Of a DNA stretch of 64,000 nt, positions 49,831 through 62,710 are shown one piece after another. Both the position numbers and the translations under genes were made by a program. How positions within the stretch are numbered: position 1 is the stretch's first letter; each line of letters starts with the position of its first letter. Source of the stretch: Mytilus trossulus (Eukaryota); NCBI RefSeq assembly GCF_036588685.1, contig NC_086384.1, positions 17,918,001-17,982,000 on the forward strand, given 5' to 3'. The notes under the pieces are model-generated. The model worked only from the letters and a program-made list of their open reading frames with translations. It ran no database searches and had not been told where the DNA came from.

Positions 49831-51477
49831 CATTAATACGAATTATAGCTAAATTAAATGTGAACATTGGTGCCTTTGTTTTTTTCTCATATCTTAAGTT
49901 TTTTTTTTTAAAGTTTCTAATGTTGTTTCTGTTTTTTAGGGGGGTATTCTTATTCTTTTCTTTCTCTGTTTTGTGATAAAATTGATTATGTTATAAAATG
50001 TTAAAAACTAAAATAAATAAAAAATGAATTAATAAAAACAGAGGCAACGAAATTTTTCCTAGACGTGTGCGTGAACATAAAATGCAGATACTTAAAGAAT
50101 GTTTCTACACGTACATGAAATCGAAAGACATCTGATAAAATAAACATACTTTCACAATACATGTATTTGATAACAAAAATATAAAACCACCCATTGCATA
50201 ATAATAAGCTCTAAAACGTCAGGGTTCAAGCTAGGTCAAATAAATGGATAAACGTCGTGCAAAAAGGAAAAGCGGAAACTAGGTATGACATGTAAAAGTA
50301 GTCCGTGTGTAGATAATAGAGCAAACAAACCTATTAGATATCCATTCATGACACAACATCACTACATGCACAGAAACAAAAAGCAAAAGAACACATCAAC
50401 AATATCACTATAAGCAATTATAATCAAAATATCGACTGTATGTCAATGTCTTTTCACTGTATCGGAAAGAACAATTTGTCACTACTCAATTTGTTTAGGT
50501 ATGTTACACACAATGATTGCGTTTGAAATTAAATCAAATTATTGAAGATTCATTAGAAAAAAATATTACTGGAACAAATAAACAAACTAAAGCGCCAATT
50601 CAATTAAAAACGTATTAACCGCATGACGCTTATTTTAGAAGCCTTGTGGTATTATATATTAATTGATTTACAGTACCCCAGTCTTTGCATCATCAAAATC
50701 TGCGAATTTTGTGCGATATATTTTCGCCTTATTTTTTTTTTTATATATATATATAAATATGTAAGACTCATTTCGACATCCGATCTCTAATCGGTATCTG
50801 TTCTTCAAATCGCATTCAAATCATTTGTAGTAGGATTCCAACTTGTCGATCGATTCCCTCTTGAGAGTCGATTCCCTCTTATTCTGATAGAGTACTGAAC
50901 TCGATCTTAAAATTTATTTTAAACTTCAAATATTGCATTCTGTTTCATATTAAAGAAAAAGGTGTTTGATGGATAAAATTATGGCATGTTCAACTATATT
51001 TGTGAACTATTTGCAAATAACAGAGTCCACTAGAGGACACGAGATAAACATAACCTACTTTATCTACCAAACGTGCATACAGAACATTGAGTCGTTTAAT
51101 GAAGAATACGTAACAAGTATTTAGTATTTATTCTCTAGTAAACAATAATTATAGTAATAGTATGGAGCTGAACAGTTAATTTGTTGTCAATGCAAACAAC
51201 AGTCATGAAAATATTGGTATATACAATGTTAATTAATGTTACGATATTTGGTTTCGTAACAATAAATTTAAAGCACTTGATCATAGTTTAAAAAAATAGA
51301 AATATTTCAGAAAAAATTCACTGAAATACTGAGTGAAAATTCTTTTTATCAATTTGTCTGCATACACGACATGTGTACTGACTTGGTCTTAGAAACTCAA
51401 GACTGTCCTTATTGTTTCAACCAACTGAAGCAAAGGGAAACTTGAACTTTGTTCACCACTGATAGTTGCTTTTTCAA

Positions 51478-52120
51478 CACCGGTCTCTGATAATAAAGAT
51501 CCGCAATTCATGTTCTTTATAACCATTGTAATCAACCGGACCATGATACTTATCTATGAAAGTACGCATCATCGAAAAACTTTATCACCACACAAACAAT
51601 CCTGTACTTAGTACTCCTTTCCGAAAAGATAGAGAAAATTTCTGGATAAGAGAACTAGGTACTGCAATGCCATGTGGTGGCAATAATAATGTCAAAGGAG
51701 TAGGAAATTTGTCAAGTCCAGCATGCAGTGATGTTAATGTAATGAGTTTTTTTCATACTACCTTACGAAACCAACGTAGTCATGGGAAAAAACGTTACCA
51801 TCGGCCTAATGTAAAAAAAAGTCTTCCAAATCTAGATCGCCCTCTGGAAGCTTTAATGACCTTCTTTCTCATCTTCATCATCCGTTAGGGTTACATTACA
51901 TTAGAACTATTCTTTATTCACTGCCAGTTAATTTTCCAAAATGTTTGAGAGATTATGCACTTGACAAAGGTCAATATACAGACTTGTCAGTATAATTTGT
52001 GATGTAGCTCTTTTCCGTCTCTTTAAATCAGTAAGATCGGAACCTTTACATGAGAAAAAGAGGAAATTTCTTCCTGTTTACTTACCAATAAAGGAATTGA
52101 TGCAATCAACATCAGCAATG
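51478..52120 (+). mobile_element. Penelope-like element fragment (GIY-YIG C-terminal half), copy 1
   Basis: HCNQPDH...RIIEK...RENFWIRELGTAMPCGGN, matching the PLE GIY-YIG RE-x-x-WI-x-x-L-x-T-x-x-P-x-G-x-N motif. Confidence 0.8.
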
Positions 52121-52387
52121 TATTATAAATATTTCCTTTATTCATCCTCTCCCAGACAGGGAAATTGGCGTTTAAAAACGTAAATTATTTTATGCAGGAT
52201 TATGTTGTCGAAAACTGATGAAAACTGTCTTTTAGTGAAAGAACTGTCTTTGTAAAATTAAGATGTGGGGTGGCTCCTATTAGACTTGAAACTGGAATAT
52301 ATGAAATTTGTCACTGGAAGAGAGATATTGTTTTATTTTTTTTTAAATGTTGGAGATGTTTATATTTTGTCAATGAAAGTTGTATAA

Positions 52388-53685
52388 CTAGAGGCTCCAA
52401 AGAGCCTGTGTCGCTCACCTTGGTCTATGTGAATATCAAACAAAGCAGATGGATTCATGACAAAATTGTGTTTTGGTGATGGTGAAGTGTTTGTAAATCT
52501 TACTTTACTAAACAGTCTTGCTGCTTACATTTATCTCTATCTATAATGAACTTGGCCAAGTAGTTTCAGTAGAAAATTTTAATAAAAATTTACAAATTTT
52601 ATGAAAATTGTTAAAAATTGACTATAAAGGACAATAACTCCTTAGGGGGTCAATGGACCATTTCGGTCATGTTGACTTATTTGTAAATCTTACTTTGCTG
52701 AACATAATTGCTGTTTACAGTTTATCTGTATCTATAATAATATTCAAGATAATAACCAAAAACAGCAAAATTTCCTTAAAATTACCAATTCAGGGGCAGC
52801 AACCCAACAATGGGTTGTCAGATTCATCTGAAAATTACAGGGCAGATAGATCTTGATCTGATTAACAGTTTTACCACCTGTCAGATTTGCTCTAAATGCT
52901 TTGGTTTTTGAGGTATAAGCCAAAAACTGCATTTTACCCCTATGTTCTATTTTAGCCGTGGTGGCCATCTTGGTTGGTTGACCGGGTCACGCCACACATT
53001 TTTAAAACTAGATACCCCAATGATGATTGTGGCCAAGTTTGGTTCAATTAGGCTTAGTTGTTTCAGAGGAGAAGATTTTTGTAAAAGATAACTAAGATTT
53101 ACGAAAAATGGTTAAAAATTGACTATAAAGGGCAATAACTCCTAAAGGGGTCAACTGACCATTTCGGTCATGTTGACTTATTTGTAAATCCTACTTTGCT
53201 AAACATTATTGCTGTTTACAGTTTATCTCTATCTATAATAATATTCAAGATAATAACCAAAAACAGCAAAATTTCCACAAAATTACCAATTCAGGGGCAG
53301 CAACCCAACAACGGGTTGACTGATTCATCTGAAAATTTCAGGGCAGATAGATATTGACCTGATAAACATTTTTACCTCATGACAGATTTCCTCTAAATGC
53401 TTTGGTTTTTGAGTTATAAGCCAAAAACTGCATTTTACCCCTATGTTCTATTTTTAGCCGTGGCGGCCATCTTGGTTGGTTGACCGGGTCACGCCACACA
53501 TTTTTTAAACTAGATACCCCAATGATGATTGTGGCCAAGTTTGGTTCAATTTGGCCCAGTAGTTTCAGAGGAGAAGATTTTTGTAAAAGTTAACAACGAC
53601 GACGGACGACGGACGACGGACGACGACGGACGCCGGACGCAAAGTGATGGGAAAAGCTCACTTGGCCCTTCGGGCCAGGTGAGCT
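52388..53685. mobile_element. Helentron-associated non-autonomous element (HINE/DINE-1/pearl-like) with two 501-bp internal repeats
   Basis: Absent at the paralogous empty sites (48321, 57742: tgtataaaaataat); subterminal IR gctcacct/aggtgagc, (GACG/GAC)n microsatellite, terminal hairpin ggcccttcgggcc; inserted in an A-run. Confidence 0.88.
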
Positions 53686-56600
53686 AAAAATAATTCATTA
53701 ATTTTCTTTTTACCTTACCTTGAAGGAACATGTGATCCATACACACATGGCGTTCTTTTTACCTAGACAAGTGTTAAATCAAGCTTAAGGAAAATAACGC
53801 TTAGGACAACAGTAGGGAGAAAATACATATAAGACATATGACAATTTATAACGATAAATAACTTGAAGAACTAAAAATAATAATATGACAGAAAATTCTT
53901 CCTATGTTTCTATGTAATAAAATTTACCACAAGCATTCATAGCATCTTCCTCTGCTATTTTCATGGTGTACGGTTCTGTATAAAAAGATTTCGTGTCTGT
54001 ACTGCCTCTGACGATACAACACATGTATTATTCAAACAACATAGTCGCGATATATAGCTTTCTTGTGCAGAGGCGACCTAGATAACCACAAATCAGTCAA
54101 TCATATAATAAATCATAAAAAATCACCAGCTAGAGAATTGATATGTGTGGAAGCATTATAACGCTATACAAACTTCTTTTTTATAATTGTCGGATTTTTC
54201 TTCTTTTTGGGACGTGTTATTATAGTATTCTTTTATTTTTCTCTATTTATATTACTTTTACGGTTTCGTCTTTTTTTGATGATATCCATTTGACGTGACT
54301 CTGTACTTATGCATGCCGTTATTGTGTTATTGTTCTATAATTTGTGTATTCTCATCTTCCTTTTTGGCTAATTTGCTTAAAGTCTCTGTCTATATGAATG
54401 TTTGTTTTTCTTTGATACACATGACGTGGCTCTGTACATATAAATCCCGTCATTTTGTATTTGTTCTATGATAATTTTTGTATTCTTCAATTGTCTTTCA
54501 TATTTGTTAATGCTTGGTCTATATGCCCTATGGAATCTGATGCGACTGTCATACAGATGAGAGGTTTATCTAGCTATAAAACCAGGTTCATTCCGCCATT
54601 TTCTACATACGAAAATGTCTGTACCAATTCAGAAATATGACAATTATCCTTTCGCGTGAAGTTACCTGGCAAACAAACAAAAAAACGCACTCATTAAGAA
54701 ACAAATTAAACTATTTTTGAATAAGTTTGTGTAATTTACGCGGTCAGCTTTGATTTACGAATTTTTTATCTTTTTTAATCTAGATGCGGAACATAATTGA
54801 AAATCGATTTAAGTGACAATATAATTATATATGTTAATATAATTGATATGTTGAGCTGTTTTTACCAACCTTTTTAATACACAAAACTTTGTTTGATAAA
54901 TGTCTAGATTTTATTTTAAAAAAGCAACAACTGCAAAATAGTATTATCTTTATATAGTATTATGTGGCTAAATGCAAAAACTGAATAAAGTTTAAAATAC
55001 TATCTCTTCACCCAAGTAATGGTTTCTTATTTTACATTCGTATCGAAATGTATCGTCGAGTTTTTATTTTATAATACGTGGCTAAATGCAAAAACTGAAT
55101 AAAGTTTAAAATATTATCTCTTCACCCAAGTAATGGTTTCTTATTTTACATTCGAATCGAAATGTATCGTCGAGTTTTTATTTTATAATACATTAATACG
55201 AATTATAGCTAAATTAAATGGGAACATTGGTGCCTTTGTTTTTTTCTCATATCTTAAGTTTTGTTTTTTTTAAGTTTCTAATGTTGTTTCTGTTTTTTAG
55301 GGGGGTATTCTTATTCTTTTCTTTCTCTGTTTTGTGATAAAATTGATTATGTTATAAAATGTTAAAAACTAAAATAAATAAAAAATGAATTAATAAAAAC
55401 AGAGGCAACGAAATTTTTCCTAGACGTGTGCGTGAACATAAAATGCAGATACTTAAAGAATGTTTCTACACTTACATGAAATCGAAAGACATCTGATAAA
55501 ATAAACATACTTTCACAATACATGTATTTGATAACAAAAATATAAAACCACCCATTGCATAATAATAAGCTCTAAAACGTCAGGGTTCAAGCTAGGTCAA
55601 ATAAATGGATAAACGTCGTGCAAAAAGGAAAAGCTGAAACTAGGTATGACATGTAAAAGTAGTCCGTGTGTAGATAATAGAGCAAACAAACCTATTAGAT
55701 ATCCATTCATGACACAACATCACTACATGCACAGAAACAAAAAGCAAAAGAACACATCAACAATATCACTATAAGCAATTATAATCAAAATATCGACTGT
55801 ATGTCAATGTCTTTTCACTGTATCGGAAAGAACAATTTGTCACTACTCAATTTGTTTAGGTATGTTACACACAATGATTGCGTTTTAAATTAAATCAAAT
55901 TATCGAAGATTCATTAGAAAAAAATATTACTGGAACAAATAAAAAAACTAAAGCGCCAATTCAATTAAAAACGTATTAACCGCATGACGCTTATTTTAGA
56001 AGCCTTGTGGTATTATATATTAATTGATTTACAGTACCCCAGTCTTTGCATCATCAAAATCTGCGAATTTTATGCGATATATTTTCGCCTTATTTTTTTT
56101 TTTTTTTATATATATAAATATGTAAGACTCATTTCGACATCCGATCTCTAATCGATGTCTGTTCTTCAAATCGCATTCAAATCATTTGAAGTAGGATTCC
56201 AACTTGACGATCGATTCCCTCTTGAGAGTCGATTCCCTCTTCTTCTGATAGAGTACTGAACTCGATCTTAAAATTTATTTTAAACTTCAAATATTGCATT
56301 CTGTTTCATATTAAAGAAAAAGGTGTTTGATGGATAAAATTATGGCATTTTCAACTATATTTGTGAACTATTTGCAAATAACAGAGTCCACTAGAGGACA
56401 CGAGATAAACATAACCTACTTTATCTACCAAACGTGCATACAGAACATTGAGTCGTTTAATGAAGAATACGTAACAAGTATTTAGTATTTATTCTCTAGT
56501 AAACAATAATTATAGTAATAGTATGGAGCTGAACAGTTAATTTGTTGTCAATGCAAACAACAGTCATGAAAATATTGGTATATACAATGTTAATTAATGT

Positions 56601-56838
56601 TACGATATTTGGTTTCGTAACAATAAATTTAAAGCACTTGATCATAGTTTAAAAAAATAGAAATATTTCAGAAAAAATTCACTGAAATACTGAGTGAAAA
56701 TTCTTTTTATCAATTTGTCTGCATACACGACATGTGTACTGACTTGGTCTTAGAAACTCAAGACTGTCCTTGTTGTTTCAACCAACTGAAGCAAAGGGAA
56801 ACTTTAACTTTGTTCACCACTGATAGTTGCTGTTTCAA

Positions 56839-57481
56839 CACCGGTCTCCGATAATAAAGATCCGCAATTCATGTTCTTTATAACCATTGTAATCAACCGG
56901 ACCATGATACTTATCTATGAAAGTACGCATCATCGAAAAACTTTATCACCACACAAACAATCCTGTACTAAGTACTCCTTTCCGAAAAGATAGAGAAAAT
57001 TTCTGGATAAGAGAACTAGGTATTGCAATGCCATGTGGTGGCAATAATAATGTCAAAGGAGTAGGAAATTTGTCAAGTCCAGCATGCAGTGATGTTAATG
57101 TAAAGAGTTTATTTCATACTACCTTACGAAACCAACGTAGTCATGGGAAAAAACGTTACCATCGGCCTAATGTAAAAAAAAGTCTTCCAAATCTAGATCG
57201 CCCTCTGGAAGCTTTAATGACCTTCTTTCTCATCTTCATCATCCGTTAGGGTTACATTACATTATAACTATTCTTTATTCACTGCCAGTTAATTTTCCAA
57301 AATGTTTGAGAGATTATGCACTTGACAAAGGTCAATATACAGACTTGTCAGTATAATTTGTGATGTAGCTCTTTTCCGTCTCTTTAAATCAGTAAGATCG
57401 GAACCTTTACATGAGAAAAAGAGGAAATTTCTTCCTGTTTACTTACCAATAAAGGAATTGATGCAATCAACATCAGCAATG
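56839..57481 (+). mobile_element. Penelope-like element fragment, copy 2
   Basis: Near-identical to 51478-52120. Confidence 0.8.
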
Positions 57482-58062
57482 TATTATAAATATTTCCTTT
57501 ATTCATCCTCTCCCGGACAGGGAAATTGGCGTTTAAAAACGTAAATTATTTTATGCAGGATTATGTTGTCGAAAACTGATGAAAACTGTCTTTTAGTGAA
57601 AGAACTGTCTTTGTAAAATTAAGCTGTGGGGTGGCTCCTATTAGACTTGAAACTGGAATATATGAAATTTGTCACTGGAAGAGAGATATTGTTTTATTTT
57701 TTTTAAACTGTTGGAGATGTTTATATTTTGTCAATGAAAGTTGTATAAAAATAATTCATTAATTTTCTTTTTACCTTACCTTGAAGGAACATGTGATCCA
57801 TACACACATGGCGTTCTTTTTACCTAGACAAGTGTTAAATCAAGCTTAAGGAAAATAACGCTTAGGACAACAGTAGGGAGAAAATACATGAAGACATATG
57901 ACAATTTATAACGATAAATAACTTGAAGAACTACAAATAATAATATGACAGAAAATTCTTCCTATGTTTCTATGTAATAAAATTTACCACAAGCATTCAA
58001 TGCATCTTCCTCTGCTATTTTCATGGTGTACGGTGCTGTATAAAAAGATTTCGTGTCTGTAC

Positions 58063-59299
58063 TACGGGGCGCCGAATGGGACTCTTGTGGTTTTGTACAA
58101 AATTCAATTCTGTCATAACAAAATCATTTTTTTCTTACCAAACTATGTGCTACAGACTTGTTTTATGAGAACTTCAATTTTGTGATGACAAAATTCATTT
58201 GTGTAGACATAATTCTTTTTTGTCATGACAAAATTCATTTTTGTAGACAAAATTAATATTTGTCATGACAAAAGTCAATTTTGTCTAAAAGGTATGCAAA
58301 TATAATCATATTTGCATACAAAATTGACTTTTGTTACCTGATATTGAAATAAAATCACAAAAGTCAATTGTGTGAGACAAGGTTCAATTTTGTGAGACAA
58401 AATTAACTTTAGTGAGACAAAATTGACTCTTGTGAGACAAAATTGTCTTTTGTGAGACAAAATTGTCTTTTGTGAGACAAAACTGCTTTTGTGAGACAAA
58501 ATATAATTTTGTTAATTTTGAGGAGACAAAAGTCAATTTTGTTAATTTTGTTGAGACAAATGTCAATTTTGTTAATTTTGTTCAGACAAAAGTCAATTTT
58601 GTGACGACAAAATTCATTTTTGTGACGATAAAATTCAATTTTGTAACAAAAAAATTGACTTTTATGAGACAAAATTGACTTTCGTGAGACAAAAATCAAT
58701 TTTGTTGAGATAAAATTCAATTTTGTCAATTTTGTTGAGACAAAATTCAATTTTGTCAATTTTGTCTCACAAAAGTCAATTTTGTCTCACATTGGTTAAT
58801 TTTGTCTAACAGAAGTCAATTTTGTCTCACAAAAGTCAATTTTGTCTCACAAAAGCCAATTTTGTCTCACAAAAGTCAATTTTGTCTCACAAAAGTCAAT
58901 TTTGTCTCACAAAAGTCAGTTTCGTCTCACAAAAGTCAATTTCGTCTCACAAAAGTCAATTTTGTCTCCCAAAAGTCAATTTTGTGTTACAAAAGTCGAT
59001 TTTGTATGCAAATTAGGTCACAAAATTTCCAAACTTAACTAATTTGAATACAAAATTGACCTTTGTCGCCCAATTTTCAAATCAGGTAACAAAACTCAAG
59101 TCTGTGTAAGAAAAATGAATTTTGTCATGACAAAAGTGACTTTTGTCCGCTGATAGATAATTTTGTATGACAAAATTTTAAATTTGTAGTATGAAACAAA
59201 TTTTGTTAAACTGGACTCATTTTTGTTGAACAAAAGTCACTTTTGTCCGTACAAAATTGAATTTCGAGTACAAAACCACATCCCATTCGGCGCCCCGTA
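58063..59299. mobile_element. Foldback-type TIR element with internal opposed ~20-bp repeat arrays
   Basis: 19-bp perfect TIR TACGGGGCGCCGAATGGGA; 5-bp TSD TGTAC confirmed by empty sites in copies 1 and 2; tgtgagacaaaa arrays on the left, ttttgtctcaca arrays on the right. Confidence 0.9.
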
Positions 59300-61273
59300 T
59301 GTACTGCGTCTGACGATACAACACATGTATTATTCAAACAACATAGTCGCGATATATAGCTTTCTTGTGCAGAGGCGACCTAAAGCAACCACAAATCAGT
59401 CAATCATAATAATAAATCATAAAAAATCACAAGCTAGAGAATTGATATGTGTGGAAGCATTATAACGCTATACAAACTACTTTTTTATAATTGTCGGATT
59501 TTCTTCTTTTTGGGACGTGTTATGGTATTCTTTTATTTTTCTTTATTTATATTACTTTTACGGTTTAGTCTGTTTTTGTTGATATCCATTTGACGTGACT
59601 CTGTACTTATGCATGCCGTTATTGTGTTATTGTTCTATAATTTATGTATTCTCATCTTCCTTTTTTGGCTAATGTGCTTAAAGTCTCTGTCTATATGACT
59701 GTTTGTTTTTCTTTGATACACATGACGTGGCTCTGTACATATAAATCCCGTCATTTTGTATTTGTTCTATGATAATTTTTGTATTCTTCAGTTGTCTTTC
59801 ATAATTGTTAATGCTTTGTCTATATCCCCTTTAGAATCTGATGCGACTGTCATACAAATGAGAGGTTTATCTAGCTATAAAACCAGGTTCAATCCGCCAT
59901 TTTTTACATAAGAAAATTTCTGTACCAATTCAGAAATATGACAATTATCCGTTCGCGTGAAGTTACCTGGCAAACAAACAAAAAAACGCACTCATTAAGA
60001 AACAAATTAAACTATTTTTGAATAAGTTTGTGTAATTTACGCAATCAGCTTTGATTTACGATTTTTTTTTTTAATCTAGATGCGGAACATAATTGAAAAT
60101 CGATTTAAGTGACAATATAATTATATATGTTAATATAATTGATATGTTGAGCTGTTTTTACAAACCTTTTTAATACACAAAGCTTTGTTTGATAAATGTC
60201 TAGATTTTATTTAAAAAAAGCAACAACTGCAAAATGGTTAAGAACTTAGATTATATCTAACTAATTATAGAATTTTTGCAAATAATACCTTAAAGGAAAT
60301 AGAATGTAATAGTTTTAAAATAACATTAACATGATTTATAGATTAAAAACAAAGAGACCCTTTATATAGTATTACGTGGCTAAATGCAAAAACTGAATAA
60401 AGTTTAAAATACTATCTCTTCACCCAAGTAATGGTTTCTTATTTTACATTCGAATCGAAATGTATCGTCGAGTTTTTATTTTATAATACGTGGCTAAATG
60501 CAAAAACTGAATAAAGTTTAAAATATTATCTCTTCACCCAAGTAATGGTTTCTTATTTTACATTCGAATCGAAATGTATCGTCGCGTTTTTATTTTATAA
60601 TACATTAATACGAGTTATAGCTAAATTAAATGTGAACATTGGTGCCTTTGTTTTTTTCTCATATCTTAAGTGGTTTTTTTTAAGTTTCTAATGTTGTTTC
60701 TGTTTTTTAGGGGGGGGGGGGGGTATTCTTATTCCTTTCTTTCTCTGTTTTGTCATATAATTGATTATGTTATAAAATGTTAAAAAACAAAAATAAATAA
60801 AAAATGAATTAAAAAAAATAAGCTCTAAAACATCAGGGTTCAAGCTAGGTCAAATAAATGGATAAACGTCGTGCAAAAAGTAAAAAGGAAACTAGGTATA
60901 ACATGTAAAAGTAGTACGTGTGTAGATAATAGAGCAACAAAAGCTATTGGATATCCATCCATGACACAAAACCAGTACATGCACAGAAACAAAAAGCAAA
61001 ATAACAGCGATTGTGTCGCTAAATAAACCCATCAACAATATCACTATAAGCAATTATAATCAAAATATCGACTGTATGTCAATGTCTTTTTACTGTATCG
61101 GAAAGTACCATTTGATTTGTCACTACTAAATTTGTTAAGGTATGTGACACACAATGATTGCGTTTGAAATTAAATCAAATTATCGAAGATCCATTAGAAA
61201 AGAATATTACTGGAACAAAGAAAAAAACTAAAGCGTCAATTCAATTATAAAACATTAACCGGATGACGCTTAT

Positions 61274-61390
61274 CAGAGGCGGATTTAGGGGGCAGGAAGG
61301 CGCACCCCTTTTTGCGAAAGAAATTGGTTGCTAATATAGGGAATCACTGAAGCGTGACTGGAGCGGGCCCCTTCTTAGGATCCGCCACTG
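61274..61390. mobile_element. 117-bp MITE
   Basis: TIR CAGAGGCGGAT/ATCCGCCACTG; 5-bp TSD CTTAT; empty site gacgcttatttt in copies 1 and 2. Confidence 0.85.
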
Positions 61391-62710
61391 CTTATTTTAG
61401 AGTCCGAAGCCTTGTGGTATTATATGTTTATTGATTTACAGTACCCCAGTCTTTGCATCATCAAAACCTGCGAATTTTATGCGATATATCATGTTTCGCC
61501 TTATTTTTGTATTTTTATTTTTTTTAAACTAATTCCGACATCCGATCTCTTATCGATGTCTGTTCTACAAATCGCATTCCAAACATTTGTAGTAGGATTC
61601 CGACTTGACGGTTGATTCCCTCTTATTCTGATAGAATACTGAACTCTTAAAATCAATTTTGAACTTCAAATATTGCATTCTGTTTCATATTAAAGAAAAA
61701 GGTGTTTGATGGATAAAATTATGGCATTTTCAACTATATTTGTGAACTATTTGCAAATAACAGAGTCCACTAGAGGATACGAGATAAACAGAACCTACTT
61801 TATCTACCAAACGTGCATACAGAACATTGAGTCATTTAATGAAGAATACGTAACAAGTATTTAGTATTTATTCTAAAAAATCGAAGCATTTGTTGAAATA
61901 TAGTAAACAATAAGTATAGTTAAAGTATGGAGTTGAACAGTTAATTGATTGTCGATGTAAACAACAGTTATGAAAATATTGGTTTATACAATTTTAATTA
62001 ATGTTACGATATTTGGTTTCGTAACAATAAATTTAAAGCACTTGATCATATTTTTAAACAAGAACTATCTTTAAAAAAGATATCCGACGTATTTAAATTT
62101 GAGTATATTCACCAAAACCCCGCGGAAATCTCACATGTATAGGTGCGTTCTAAAAGTCATGTACGTTAATCGTACAACAAAGTTTACATCAAAAATTATA
62201 TAATTGTCCCGAAGAAACAGCTGTCATGGATGCAAAGAGCTATTGGAGAAACAATTATTTTAATAAAAAAAAAAAAAAATCTTTGTAAGATCTAGTTCAA
62301 ATATTTATAGTTTTTCACTTGCTTTCCATCACGATATAATTAACGAGAAGTTTTTTCAAACACAACCAAATCACCCACCATGACAGCATTTTGTTCAATC
62401 ACAGACAGGATTTTCGAGCATGCGTATTCTGTTGCCATAGTGAAGCGTCCTCAAGTTCAAAGGGCACAAACCGAAACTATAACGACTACGTCGGAAAAAT
62501 AGAAATACTGAGTGAAAATTATTTTTATCAATTTGTCTGCATACACGACATGTGTACTGAATTGGTCTAAGAAACACAAGCCAATTTGAAATTTTTTTTT
62601 AATCACATGTGTTTTAATTTGTGGTAAATACTCTTGACTGTCCTTGTTGTTTCAACCAACTGACGCTAAGGGAAACTTGAACCTTTCACCACTGATATTT
62701 GCTGTTTCAA

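Noticed and set aside
58275-59042. Overlapping repetitive ORFs or a CRISPR-like array
   Set aside because: Translations of a 20-bp tandem repeat inside a TIR element; no unique spacers and no cas genes; eukaryotic context
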